Shown: piece by piece, positions 25,440 to 38,996 of the stretch
Layout of the letters: each line of letters starts with the position of its first letter
Position numbering within the stretch: position 1 is the first letter of the stretch
Origin: Eledone cirrhosa
Lineage: Eukaryota
Direction of reading: 5' to 3'
NCBI GenBank assembly: GCA_964016885.1
Contig: OZ024743.1
Coordinates: 305,350,001 to 305,414,000 of the forward strand
DNA: 64,000 bases
Notes under the pieces: generated by a model
The model's database searches: none
Told to the model about the DNA's origin: nothing
Seen by the model: the letters and a program-made list of their open reading frames with translations, nothing else
Translations under genes and position numbers: made by a program

Positions 25440-25745
25440 AAGAGCTTACAAGAATATGTGGTGGTATAAACATTTAGGTAAATTAGAAGTAACACTGGAA
25501 CTAGACACCAGTTTGTACCATCCATACCACAAACCCAATGTAAACTCGAATATGTAAATAGACACTCCAACCACCCAAATGCCATTATTAACTCTATTGT
25601 TAACTCAATAGTTCAGAATATATCTAACAGAGGGTGAACCCTGTCAGCTAATAGGTCTATCTTCAACCAGCAAGCGGAGTATTACAACCCCGCACCGGAA
25701 AAGGCGGAATACGAAGATAAGATCACCTATGATGACCAGACTGAC
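25440..25745 (+). mobile_element. Penelope-like RT thumb fragment
   Basis: LEVTLELDTSLYHPYHKPN...YVNRHSNHPNAIINSI...SIFNQQAEYYNPA..KAEY. Confidence 0.7.
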
Positions 25746-26099
25746 AATGCAATGTTACATAAGCGACACAAGCCATCAGTAACACATATTGAAAAGAACA
25801 TCCTCCTCCCCACCTCTGAGGTAATTACCACCATTAGCCAGGTCAGATGAAGGCACATACCACAACCAAGGAGGTAAAGCTATACCCTCCTACCTATGAA
25901 TAGATGTCTAGCACACAAACACAAATAAGTAGGGACCAACGATTAAATGGTACAAACCACACCAGAGCGCACAAGAAAATTACTCTTTCAGTCATTACCA
26001 AAGATTCATGACCATAGGTAATGATTGGCACAAATACCGAATTGAAGATAGCAAGTTTGGCTTTTGCACCTACCTCCCTTCTTATAATGACCAGATGCT

Positions 26100-26890
26100 A
26101 AAGCTGGGGCATTACTGCACCAGCTCCCACAATTCTTGCATTTAATTCAGCCTGCTGCCTTCTATCACTCGTAAACATAGTCGCCGAGATACTTGAACTT
26201 CTCCACCTGCTTCAGTGAAACACCATTCACATGTAGAGTGCACTGTACAGGCTTCCTTGAGAGGATGAGTGTCTCAGTTTTGCAGCACTGATTTTCATTC
26301 CAGCCACCCAGCACTCAGCATCAAACCTATCAACTGCCAGTTGGAGATCACCATCTCTCGAGTTAAGTGACACCATGTCATCTGCATATTCCAACTGACT
26401 GATTTTACACCTGCCAGTTGTGATACCACTTCCAACACAGTTGTGCATGTTAATCCTGTTCATGAAAATAATACATTATTACCCCTGCCTGTGTTATGAG
26501 TGTCAAAACGATCCTAAATGAAGTTGTATTAGTTTCAACGTATGGTTCAGGCATCTTGGGAAACAAATACATATATAGATTATCTGCCACCAATTCATCT
26601 TTGGACATCCACTTTGCCACTTTCCATACTAATATAGGACCTGATTAGCATATCCCTCACTTGGGAGTCATGTAACCTGTCCCAACAAGCCAAGTCAATG
26701 ATTGCACATGGTGTTAGAGAAACATTTTTAGTGTACTTATTTATTGGTGATGAAGTCAGGCACCTGATGCCAATGATTTTGCATAGGACTTTGGTGTCAA
26801 AAACATGTAATTGGTTCTCTTGGCTGGTCTTCACACTCCATATTTCACACCGATACAGGAGTGTTGAAAGCACAATATACATAGATTAGG
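26100..26890 (-). mobile_element. Two decayed RTE-type RT fragments
   Basis: ISQLEYADDMV...GMKISAAK...QVEKFKYLG and VLSTLLYRCEIWSV. Confidence 0.7.
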
Positions 26891-27059
26891 AAGAATATTG
26901 GATTATAATAATGAAATAACAGTACCTGTCCTATCATGGTGTAGAGTTATTCTCTGTAAAGCTAGAACTAGGTCCATCCAGCTTGACATTGTAGACTTTT
27001 ACCTCCTATGATGAAGACTACATTCAGGCTTTATATTTTACACAGGCTTGTCATCGTCC

Positions 27060-27185
27060 CTTTACAATCTGAGTTCAAATCCTGCCGAGGTTAACTTTGC
27101 CTTTCATCCTTACGGGGTTAATAAAATAAAGTACCAGTAATGTACTGGGTAATGCTGGCCTTGTGCTAAAAGTAGAAATAATTAT
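27060..27185 (+). mobile_element. 5'-truncated tRNA-derived SINE
   Basis: B-box, core and tail. Confidence 0.8.
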
Positions 27186-27409
27186 TAATCATGATATATA
27201 TCTAATTATGTATTTTTACAATAACCCATCTTTTCTTAGCAGCTGAAGTAGAAGAGTTATTTGATATCTTAGTGTGGTCATAAAAGTGTTGGACTGGCTA
27301 ACATATATAGTCAGAAATGACTAAGTTTTCTATCCAAAATGTTGGTCTCTATTTGATTGTTGGTTTGGCTTTCTTCCTACATGTTAATAGCTACACATTA
27401 GACTCCTCT

Positions 27410-27915
27410 ATAAAAAAGCTAATATCTTCTTTCCTTACCAAGGTCTTAAGATAACAGTAGAAACTAACGTAACCAAAGCAGGCTTCCTAAATGCTACATT
27501 TTACTTAATAACCTGTACTTCCAAGATTTCTACAAAACAAATGGAAAACTTAAATGTATAAATAAAAAGTCTTGCCTCCCTATTAATCTTTTAGAATCTT
27601 ATTTCCAATATTAGACCAAGTTTTGCTAATCTATCTTCCTCTAAAGTCATATTTGGGAAGGTGGCCCCATACTACAATAAAGCTCTATTAGATAGTGGTT
27701 TTAAAGACAAGATTCAATACACCACCTCCTGCCCTGACCCCAAATATTCAGGAACAGTCCCAGAAAACTCATCTGGTTTGTATTTCCTTTCTTGTTAAAC
27801 ATGAAGACTAACATAGGTAAGAGATTCTTGGTTCTTGTAAAGAAGTATTTTCCCTCTCAACACTGATATAGCAAAATCTTCAGCAACATTCCAATAAAAT
27901 TAACTACTACTAAGC
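27410..27915 (+). mobile_element. Penelope-like RT fragment (decayed)
   Basis: GLKITVETNVTKAGFLNATF...NLSSSKVIF...YYNKALLDSGFK...NIGKRFLVLVKKYFP...SKIF. Confidence 0.7.
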
Positions 27916-28171
27916 ACATAACATGATATCCTTTAACTATCTAAGAATTCACTCACCAAACAGTTACTCTATCTCACAAGAGGTAACAAATTCATGACTT
28001 TGTTGTAGTCATCACTTCACAACCTTAATCTCATATGTATGTTATTTCATGTATATACTTTTTGAATTATATCTGCCTTCATAATGTTTATTTTGCTCCA
28101 ATTTTGGAAGAACCTATTGGTAATTCTGATACCCTGCTTTGTCTCCAAAAAATGAACTGTCATTACTATTG

Positions 28172-28545
28172 AAGGGGTGGTGGATTGGCAGTATCGGTAG
28201 AGGGTTGGGCGCCATGCTTTGATGTATAGATGTACTGAGTTCAAATCCCGCTGAGGTTAACTTTGCTTTTTATCCTTATGGGGTCGATAAAATAAAGTAC
28301 CAGTAATGCACTGGGTAATTTGCTGGCCTTGTGCCAAAAGTAGAAACAATTATTAGTGGAAAGGCTGTATCGGTAGAGGGTTGGATGCCATGCTTTACAG
28401 AATAGAGTTACGGCCCTTTATGGTCTGCATTCAAATCCCGCCGAGGTTAGCTTTGCCTTTCATCCTTACAGGGTCAATAAAATAAAGTACCAGTAATGCA
28501 CTGGGGTAATTACTGGCCTTGTACCAAAAGTATAAACAATTGTTA
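28172..28545 (+). mobile_element. Head-to-tail SINE dimer
   Basis: two copies of the SINE core; the second is flanked by the direct repeat ttagtggaaag. Confidence 0.85.
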
Positions 28546-28609
28546 GTGGAAAGAAAATCTAGCAGAGTACCAAACTAAATGTTTTAACTGTTCAGTTTCA
28601 TCTTTTTAG

Positions 28610-28639
28610 GATATGAAGCTGAAAATGAGCACTGGATCT
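28610..28639 (+). CDS. Probable 30-nt microexon of MAM3 (GYEAENEHWI)
   Basis: tctttttag| acceptor, consensus T|gtaagt donor, phase 1-1, stop-free, 105 nt upstream of the next exon. Confidence 0.55.
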
Positions 28640-28744
28640 GTAAGTTTCTTGTAATTCTGAATATGATTAGTTTAATTTTTAATTGTATTCTCATCTTTCA
28701 TATATCAACAGTAATATATTTTCTTGATTTTCTTGATTTTACAG

Positions 28745-29089
28745 ATTCTCAGTCTTACTTATATATTTATTCAAGAACATATACTGAAGATATGAAATTT
28801 CAATTGATATCCCCTCAAGCATTTGTGAAACAAAATTCAAGTATCACCTTCAAATACCAATTAAAAGGATATATGAAAGAGTTTGCTGTATTTAGTTATA
28901 ACATTTCTCCAAAGAACAAAATTTGGTCCTCAAATCACAATGATACTATAGAATTCACCACTGCTTGTATAGATTTTCCATTTTCAAAGAATATGAATCT
29001 GATCTTTCAGGTGACATCAGATGTAAGATCATACAATAAAGCATTTGCATATCTGGATGACATTGCCATCAGTAATGAAACATGTAAAT
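28745..29089 (+). CDS. MAM gene exon, MAM3 C-half (SQSYLYIY...LISP...FKYQLKG...AYLDDIAISNETCK)
   Basis: ttacag| acceptor, T|gtaagt donor, 345 nt, phase 1-1. Confidence 0.9.
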
Positions 29090-30240
29090 GTAAGTATCAT
29101 GATATTCACACTTTCTTTTTAATTTATATTTTTCTTTTACAGATATTTTCTATTCATTTTTATGTGACTACTTTGGTATGATAGTTTGTTGCAGCAATAA
29201 TTTTTACAAAACTAGATTCTTTATAAAATGCTAACCACTTAATTATGAAAACTGTGTAGAATCTGTTGGGGGTTTGGAAAACTGGGCTATATGACATGGA
29301 CAGAGGCATAACATAATGGTTGAATTAAGATTTGAAGTTATAATCATACAATAGTCAAATAATGTAATGAAGGTATGTGGCTTAGTGGTTAGGGAATTAG
29401 GTCGGATGATATGTTATGTCCTTCAGCAAGACAATTTATTTCACGTTGCTCTTTCTACCAGGAGATGCAATCGGTAGATAGTATTAGCAATCAGAAAGAC
29501 CAATGAACATTTTTTTTACATGGTCTGATCTGATGAGTTCTACCCCACTCAAGTGAGGTTTGGAGTACTGATGTTTGATTCCTAAGATATCAAAACCTAG
29601 AACAATATAACAGCTTATTTAATTCATAATATAATCCATTTTATACATGTTATTATGAAGAGATAAATAATATGAGCTTCCAGCTATTATTCTTTGTGTT
29701 TGCAACATATTGGTATAAATATGAACTAGCAGAGTGTTGCAATAGAATAAGAAATGTATAAATTAAAAGCAATTTCAGCCAGAGCCCATGAATTGGATAC
29801 TATCATTAGATAATTTAAATCTCAAATGGGCTAGAAAAAGCTTTCATAAGAATATGTTTTGTATGTATGGATCTGTAATTCCTGCTGGAGTCATAGGGGT
29901 GCTGTAATGACATAAGACATGTTTTGAGCATTTTAAATGTGGTGAGTGCATTCTTTCCCCAGGTCTGAGCATAACCAATTACTTCCAGAAATGGGTAGAG
30001 AGAGAGAAAAGAATTGAATCTAGTACTGGACTGGTATTTTTTTATCAACCTCAAAAGTTACCCTCAGTGGGATTTAAAATGAGATACCTGGAATGAATGC
30101 TACAAAGCATTCTAACTGATGATCTAATCACTGAGAATTTGCCACACTCATAGCAATGTATTCAGTCTAATATTACATACTTATACATAACCTTTTATAT
30201 TAGTTACTAAATACTTACTAAACTTCATCACCAATAAAGA

Positions 30241-30772
30241 AGTTTGTTATGACCCTTAATATAACTTACACTACAGTTTGTTATGACCCTTAATATAACT
30301 TACACTACAGTTTGTTATGACCCTTAATATAACTTACATTACAGTTTGCTATGACCCTTAATATAACTTACATAACAGTTTGCTATGACCCTTAATATAA
30401 CTTACATTACAGTTTGTTATGACCCTTAATATAACTTACATTAGTTTGTTATGACCCTTAATATAACTTACACTACAGTTTGCTATGACCCTTAATATAA
30501 CTTACATTACAGTTTGTTATGACCCTTAATATAACTTACATTACAGTTTGCTATGACCCTTAATATAACTTACATTACAGTTTGTTATGACGTTTAATAT
30601 AACTTACACTACAGTTTGTTATGACCCTTAATATAACTTACACTACAGTTTGTTATGACCCTTAATATAACTTACATTACAGTTTGTTATGACCCTTATT
30701 ATAACTTACATTACAGTTTGTTATGACCCTTAATATAACTTACATTACAGTTTGTTATGACCCTTAATATTA
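30241..30772. repeat. 34-bp minisatellite, ~15.5 copies (agtttgttatgacccttaatataacttacactac)
   Basis: 34-nt periodicity. Confidence 0.97.
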
Positions 30773-31234
30773 CTAGCATAAACTGGCACGTTAAAGAAAG
30801 GAATTTACCTCAACCTAACCATTAAATCTGCGTTAGGATTGTTTCAACAATTTATGGGATTATATGACTGTCATACCATTCCCATCTTCTTATGATGTTG
30901 TATATTTATGTACATATCACTATAGTATTGAACTTGAAAGAGGAGGGAGGGCTTCTTCACTGAAGACCTTCTGCTGTCAAGCTCACCCAAGAGTTTTTAT
31001 ACTTATGTTTATATCACAATAGTGTTGGAATAGTTTACATTTAACATTTCATTAAAAAAAATTACTTTACGATTAGAACTTACTAAACCTGAAATATTGG
31101 ATATATTAATGTTCCATATTCTTCATAATTGTGAGATCTTTAATTCGTCTTCTTTACTAATAATAATTCTTTTGTAATTCAAAATATATCTCACATAATA
31201 TGTAATGTTTTAGTTTCATTTTTTCAATAGTATT

Positions 31235-31382
31235 TAGTGTAAGTTATATTAAGGGTCATAACAAATTGAAATGTAAATTATATTAAGGGTCATAACAAAC
31301 TGTAATGTAAGTTATATTAAGGGTCATAACAAACTGTAGTGTAAGTTATATTAAGGGTCATAACAAACTGTAGTGTAAGTTA
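31235..31382. repeat. Inverted array (~4 copies) of the same 34-bp unit
   Basis: gtagtgtaagttatattaagggtcataacaaact is the reverse complement of the 30241 unit. Confidence 0.95.
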
Positions 31383-31538
31383 AGGCTTTCAACGGAAATC
31401 CAATGTTAATTTAACATTTTTCGCTTCTCAATTTAAACTTATTTAAGTATAAATATATTCCAAATAACCAATAAGAATTAACATTTTGTGTTTTTTCTGG
31501 TTGAAATAACAAGTGTTTTACATCATGTCTTTTAATAG

Positions 31539-31688
31539 TTGGAATTACTTATCATTTCTGCAAATTCAAAGAAGTACATTTCTGCAATTACGAAGTTGAA
31601 TGTCCTAATAATACTGACTATGTATGGCGTCGAAGTTCCAACTTTAATAATTTACCAAGACCTGAACATGTTCGATATTATAATACTG
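31539..31688 (+). CDS. MAM gene exon, MAM4 N-half (GITYHFCKFKEVHFCNYEVECPNNTDYVWRR...)
   Basis: taatag| acceptor, G|gtaagt donor, 150 nt, phase 1-1; clearly paralogous to exon 15591-15749; absent from the ORF track. Confidence 0.85.
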
Positions 31689-33149
31689 GTAAGTTAGATA
31701 CTACAATCTATCATATATTCTATAATCTATTAATTAAATATTCAATGGTAAAAATAAAGATTCTTCTGTCTATATCAAAATGAAACCAACAAACAGAAGA
31801 AAGTAAGATTGATCCCATAATCAACTAGATTGATGGGACCCAGCTGAAAATTGTTCTTCTTAAGGTGAAAACTTCTTCTTTGAGCTAAAAAGCTTGGCAT
31901 GATGACAGTTTAATTGTATTAGGTTAAGGGTATAGATCCTGGTGAAATTAATAATAAGAAATGCCAGTTAAATTCTAGTGTTGAGTGAATATCTCAAAAC
32001 TCTATGAAAATTGGTCTTTTGTCAATATCATAATTCTAAACTGAGTAATTTATAAAACTGCTTATCCTTAACTCTGTGAAATATGTTAATATACTGTATA
32101 TATATATATACAGTATATATTCGAATATAAGCCAAACCGTTATTTTATCATTGATCTTTTGTCACATATTTCTCGGCTAATATTCGAGTATAAAAGGTAA
32201 TTATAAATTCATTTGTTTCAAAATCTGTAACACAAAAAAGACAATCATGGTAAAGGATTGGATTACAAATTACAATCATGGTTGTCTATAGATTTTAGTT
32301 TAATATTATAATCAAGTTGAATCACTGCTGATTGGATCATTAGATGAGTAGCCATTTAATGACAACAGTGATCAATATTTATATAGAAAGTGTGAATTCT
32401 AGAAATGTTTTATATTTTGGCTTGGTTTTTCTGGCTGGATATTTTACCTAACACCAACCACTTGCTGAAGATTAACATGGCACAGCACTACCACTTTGTA
32501 AAGTTGTATAGATTGCATTTTGCTGTGGCACAGGACTTGTCATGTACTTTGGCACAGGAAGTTGTCATGTACTTTGCAGGACTGAATAGTCCTATATTGC
32601 CATTATTTGACAGTTAACCATTTTATAGAGTTTACTTGGTGCATCAATACTAGAAATGTTGTCAAGTCCTCAAGTATTCTCTCTCCCCTACTATGCCTTA
32701 GTTCATTTGACAACCACTTTAAAGGAGGCACTGAGTGAATTCCATTATGACATCAGCAATAGAGATATTTTCTGATCCACGCCAGGCTAAAGACCCTCTC
32801 AACTCCATGCAGTCTATGATCTCTCATTACATTTATTTTCAGAATCACAGTGCTTGTACTTAAGAGTGAATCTTATTTTAGCATGATGAGTTACCTCTCA
32901 ACATGATCCTATATCTATCCTTCATGAGATTCCGTTTCTTGATGTCATTCTTCTCAATTTTGTACATCTCTTCCAATGTCTCCCTCTTCCATGGGTTTTA
33001 GCTACTTCAAGTGCTCAACACTACAAGCATACACTCAAGGAAGGCCCATTTACAGGGGTCGTTCTTGCCACCCACCTTTAAACAAACTGGCTGGAAAGCA
33101 GCACTTTCTTCTCCAACCTGATTTTCTATTTCAAGTAAAACCTGAAAAA

Positions 33150-35260
33150 GATAATGAGAGCATTGCAGAAGAGGAAAGTGCTCATCTTCAAACCTTAATG
33201 ATAATATGAAAGCTGAGTTACCCAGTATAAACAAAATTGCATATTTTACAACAGCCAGAAGATGTTATTTGAACAGCTAGAATGGAGAGAGAGAGAAAGG
33301 AAATGATACTATTTCTCAAGCTGAACAAACCAATACATCTTGGAGAAGGATTTTGGAGTAGGATGCTAAACATAATAGTCAGGCAGAGTGAATTGAGACT
33401 GTTAAAAAGTAGATTAATGAACAAGCACACCAACAAGCTGACTTGAGTATCTCAGTTGAGCCCCTTAAAAAGCAGGCCAATAAATTAACCAACTGGAAAT
33501 TACCAGGCCCTGGTGGTATGCAAGGATATTGGATTAAGTATATAACATCTCTCCACCCAATACTGGCAGCCATATTCAGTGGTTGTTTGGTGTTGGATGA
33601 AGTACCACACTAGTTGACAAAAGGTGCCATGGTTCTAATAAGGAAAGACCAATACAAGCCAAGGGAAATTATGTTACTAATTATAGACCTATCACATGTC
33701 TGTTCTTGATGTAGAAATTGCAAACAAGCATTCTATCTGAGGAAATCTACCACCACATCAACACAAACAACTTATTGTCAGAGGAGCAAAACAGATGCTG
33801 AAAGAAGTCCTGTGGTACAAACGATCAGTTACTTATTGACAAGATGATAATCACACACTACAAAAGGAGGCATACAGGTCTTGCCATGGGATGGATAGAT
33901 TACATGAAGACATTTGACATAGTTCCTCATTCTGGAATAGCCAAGTGCCTAGAAATCTTCAAGGTTGTGGACTGCTATTAAGTAATAGCTTGAAGACAGT
34001 TAATCCTTGGAAAAGAGGTATCTTCCAAGGAGATAGTCTATCTCCTTTATTGTTTATCCTTACCCTCATACCTTGTCCCTCATATTTTGAAGGGTGAAGG
34101 CAGGATACAAACTGGGAAGAGGAGAGCTTACCATCAACTACCTCCTCTTCACGGATGACCTAAAATTCTTCTGAAAGAATCAGATGTACATGTTAACACT
34201 GTTCATATTTTCAGCAATGATATATGTATGGCATTTAATGTTAATAAGTGTGGAGCCATAGTGTTGAGGAGATGTAAATTGAAGAGAAACAAACGAATCA
34301 AGATACCAATGAGTGAGGTGTTAAAGGAGATCAACACCAAAGAAGGATATAGGTATTTGGGTGTTGTGGAAGCAGATACCACCAAAGACAATAATATGAA
34401 GGTGATGATGAGATCTGAATACATAAGGAGAGTAAGGAACATACTAAAACCACAACTGAATAGTAGGAATGCCATAAGTACAATTATTTCGTGAGCTGTG
34501 TTTATAATTCAGTAGAGTGCCAGGAATTTTTAAATGTAATGTAATGGGGCAAAAAGAATTAGATAGATAGAAAGACAAGGAAATTAATGACTACCTACAG
34601 TATGTTTCATAAGAAGGGTGGTTTTGATAGACTGTACTTAGAGATCTCAAGTCGGGAAAGGTCTTATCAGCAAGGGGAACTATGTTCAGATGGAGAGGAG
34701 CTGTTTACATAAATACATGGCTGAGAGTAACAATCGAATGCTTAAGGCTGTATTGAAGGAGGAGTTAATAGACATGGAGATATCCAAGAAAGAAGTAATG
34801 AGAAAGAGGAAGAACAACCTGAATGTAAAAGTCTTTCATAGCATCTTCTTGGAGGAAACAGAATTCAGAAATCTGCAGACATGTGGCTGGGTAAAGAAAG
34901 GGGACCCTTAGAAAGCTACAGAGGGAATGCTACTGGTTGCATAAGAACAAGCTCTTAGAACAGAGTAGATGAAACATGATATTGACAAGGAGGAAGCTAG
35001 CTCACTCTGTAGAATCTGTGGAGAGAGAGAGGAAACTATGGCTCACATCATATATAAGTGTAACTTGTCCCTTTGACACAAGAAAAGGAGAAAGAAAATA
35101 TTAACCAGTACTAGGATCTAAATTGGGACTGCCATGAGATCAAGGTCATTCCCATCAGAAGAGCATTAGGTACTATCCCAAAAATGTTCCAATGCTGGCT
35201 AAAACTTAGTCCAGCCCCCTGCTTTTGGAATGTCGGACATGTTTTGTGGCATAGCATACC
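33150..35260 (+). mobile_element. Old R4/Dong LINE of a different subfamily, heavily decayed
   Basis: NWKLPGPGGMQGYWIK, NYRPITC, MGWIDY..TFD.VPH, GIFQGDSLSPLLF, FTDDLK, YRYLGV, CRICGEREETMAHI. Confidence 0.85.
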
Positions 35261-35269
35261 AGCATTTAT

Positions 35270-36303
35270 AGTTCCAGCATATAAAGAAACAGTCAGCAAG
35301 GTTAGAATTAACAACGAAGATAGTGAAGAATTTAGCGTAAAAGTTGGTGTTCATCAGGGCTCTGTCCTTAGCCCCCTCCTATTCATTATAGTGGACACCC
35401 TCTATTACCTGTGTGACAAAATCAGCAGTGGTGGAGGGTGTTCTGAAAGTACAGTAGCTAGAGTCAGAACGGGATGGAAAAAGTTCAGAGAGCTTATACC
35501 ACTATTGGCCGCTAAAGGTTTCTCCCTAAAAATGAAAGGCAGACTGTATGATGCCTGCATACGAACAGCAATGTTACATGACAGTGAGACATGGGCATTG
35601 TCTGCAGAGGATCTGCACAGATTGGAGAGGAATGAAGCATGCATGTTCTGTTGGATATGTAATAGTAATATACGTGAACGGCAAAACATACATGAACTAA
35701 ATGAGAAATTAGGAATAAGAGGGATCAGATGCTGTTTACTCGAGAGAAGACTACGTTGGTATGGTCACGTGATGTGCATGAAAGACGACAGCTGTATAAA
35801 AAGTGCAGGGCGATCAAAATAGATGGAAGCTACGGAGTAGGCAGACCCAGAAAAACCTGGTACGATTTGATAAATTCCGACCTTACACACTTACACCTCT
35901 CTAAGACAATGTCACTGGACCGAGATCTTTGGCGCTACGCAGTAATACAGAAGACCTGCCTTGCCTAAGTACAAAGCGAAACCTATAGTCAATAGGCATC
36001 TCCTAACCAAAAATACACCCCCACCCCCACCAACATCACCCCTTTCAATGTAAAGTTATATTAGTCCCACAACATCCAGTCCTAAATAAATGAGGTCGTG
36101 TAGGTGTCACAAAAAAAAAAAACACAGTCCACGCTGTAATGTGGCCGTGTAGGTAACACGGTAAAAACCTCCCAGTCCACACTGTAAACGTGGTTGGTGT
36201 TAGGAAGGGCATCCAGCCGTAGAAAACCCGCCAGACAGTCCTATATGAATAAGACAACCAATCCTGCCTCACGTGGGACAATTTCCGTCTAAATCCATGC
36301 AAG
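35270..36303 (+). mobile_element. RTE LINE 3' part with internal deletion; its tail continues at 45117-45168 after the LTR insertion
   Basis: VGVHQGSVLSPLLFIIV joined directly to DTLYYLCDKISSGGG; ERRLRWYGHV; ccatgcaag|catggaagatagacgttaaac(gat)n is split by the LTR element. Confidence 0.9.
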
Positions 36304-36853
36304 TTTAGCAGTATTAGTTATAGATGTTATCGCCGGTTTAGCAGGGTGGTAGAATCAGTGGTCGTTAGTTGCCAGTGTGGTAAGTGATAGTATCCTCGTT
36401 GGATTATCTTGTTGACATAGACGTGAGGGAAGGTCCCTCGATCTATTTACCATCTATTTACAATATTCCTTTCGTCAGGTCGCCAATTCCAGCAGCACGG
36501 ATTAAAGATGTTATTGAGACACGAGTAAAACAACGACTTCAACCGCAGTAATTAGAGATGCAATGTTTGTTTATTTATATGGTTGAAGTTACAGATAAAA
36601 AGAGGTTACATTAGGGAATGTGCCATTGCGCCGTTAAGCCGGCGAGGCTAGTGGTGCAATATCTCACTGTTACATTATGCGTGTTGCTGGCTTGAAGTTT
36701 CCGGTACAAGAGCGAGATTCTTCAAATCTTCGCGGTGAATTTCTTCCTCAGGGCGCGTAGGGATACATCCTCTTCTACTGGCGCTGATTGGCTGAACTGA
36801 GCCAAATCACGCACAGAGAATATATGTGAGCCCGCGGAATGTAGGTCACTACA
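36304..36853 (-). repeat. 3' LTR of the outer element
   Basis: direct repeat of 44567-45116; preceded on the - strand by purine-rich GGTTGGAGGTGA (PPT). Confidence 0.93.
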
Positions 36854-37716
36854 TCACCTCCAACCAGATTTTCAGCCGAAAATCGATAACGAAGAAACCA
36901 AGGACTCACATATTAAATCAGCAAGAACAAATGCTGAAAGAGCACATCAGTGAAAAAATAATTGAGCAGAAGTTTGCATGCAAGAACAAAAAATGAGGCG
37001 CTACGGGCCGTGTTGAGCCGCTGTGTCAAATGACCAGTTGTTTTGTTGTTTATACGTAACCGCCAAAGGTCTAACAAAAAACGGATAAAGTCTGACATGG
37101 GCGAAGTTGCTGTTCTTGCATTAAATGTTAATGGTAAGCGTTGTACCAGTAGCTGTGAACGAAGCTATTATGGTAGTTTACCAGTGCTGGCGAGAAAATG
37201 ATGGCCCCCAGATGTATTGTCGAATGTGCTGTGGAGCCAGGAAAAAATGGCTGGTTGCTTTGTAAAGAACAAAAGGCAAGTTTAATTTGTAGGTGGGTTG
37301 CAGTGTAAATTCCATAATTTGGGCGAATCCACAGAAGTGGCCGAAATGCTAACAAGTCCAGTTCAATTTGTTGCTTTCCCAGCGAGTCGGGCAAAAACAA
37401 CAAGACGGATGGCCGTCATGGACGATCAGTGTGCAACGAGATGCGAAGCTGTTTGAGTTCAGCGGCAATTAGTATTCTCGTGTTGCGGTGACTGTTTGAA
37501 TCCAGTGGATTAAGCTCTGTGAGCTGCCAGCATCTCAACCAGGTGAAAAGGGACTCGCAGAATATTACGTTTGAAGAACATATACCAAGAACAACATGTT
37601 GGTGTGTGATAAAAAAAATGTGTGCATATGCAGGCATGTAAAACAGCAAAGAATGTGAATGAACAAAAACCATGAGCAAGCAAATAGCAAAAGAGCACAA
37701 AACAAGTAAATGCATT

Positions 37717-38144
37717 TTTAGGAAATAGATATCGGTGCACATGCAACATAATATAAAAGACAAAGAGTACTGGTGTGTGTGATAAAGTTTTACTTCATAG
37801 AAGTCAAAGGTGTATAATGTAAAGGGTTGTTACCCGATGGCAATAATACCATTGTGAAGTTGGTAGAAAATGTCTTGGCGCTCTCATCTCAGGCTGGTGA
37901 GCTGCATTGTGCTGGTAACAAAAGGGTCGTCCAGAAAGAATCACCAGCTATGGTCGAAGATGTTACCACTTCAGGAATCAGGAGGCGAGAGAGAGATTTC
38001 GCGGTTAATCGCTCCTTTTATCTCTGTTGACCGGAAGTGACCACTAGGGAGTTTGGTCAATCCCAAAGGGAAGCAACTCCACCTACTTCCTGTCTAGAGA
38101 ACAGCGATTCGATTGTCGTGGCAGGGGAGGCAACTCTTACTACA
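37717..38144 (-). repeat. 3' LTR of the Gypsy element
   Basis: direct repeat of 43423-43849; adjacent PPT-like GGCGGGGGATAC on the - strand. Confidence 0.95.
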
Positions 38145-38914
38145 GTATCCCCCGCCAGATTTTTAAAACATAAAAAATCGAAAGAAGCATGCATGGAGTA
38201 AGATGGCGAGCATGTAAGAGGCATGAAAAGTATGGTACAGAGTAATGGAAGTAAGAAAAGAGGTCAAAAGTTCAAATGTACAAAATATAGTTCACAGGTG
38301 TGCAATCACATGACAGCAGGAAAGAAAGTGTGTTCCAGAGAATGAATGCAGGTGGTTTCTGTTCTGTGGTATATCGTGAAATTTCCAACATCCAAATGGA
38401 TTTTCTCACAGGAAGAGTGCTGCAAAAATAAATTCTCTGGCTTTGGTTGTTGGTGAAGCTGAGTTGATGTATTGCTGTTGCTGCTGCTGCTGTATTGCTG
38501 TTGCTGTTATATTGCTGTTGCTGTTATATTGCTGTTGCTGTTATATTGCTGTTGCTGTTATATTGCTGTTGGTGTTGCTGCTGAGTGAGCGTATTCGGTG
38601 TTTAAATTCACAGTAAACAAAAAATTTTTCAGAAAAAATGAGTTGCGCAAAGTGCTAGAAATAGCAGCCGAAGTTGATGGTCGATGTTGAGAATGCGTTG
38701 ACCTGGAAGGGTCCAGAGGCCAGCGACCAGAGAAATAAGCATTCTTACTAAATGCGCGGTTATCAACGGTAAATTTACATTGTAAACTTATAAACCGGCA
38801 AAGAGAAGAATATAGCTTAAAATGTTCATTGTAAAGGAAACGAAAAACATATATATACATCCAGTGAAATGGTCATGAGAGGTACATTGCAATACAATAA
38901 ATCAAATAAATAAG

Positions 38915-38982
<68 letters not shown>

Positions 38983-38996
38983 CTCCAATGGCCAGT

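Noticed and set aside
36854-37716. Coding capacity (gag or env) in the outer LTR element
   Set aside because: Only short ORFs and no gag, pol or env motifs on either strand, here or in 43854-44566.
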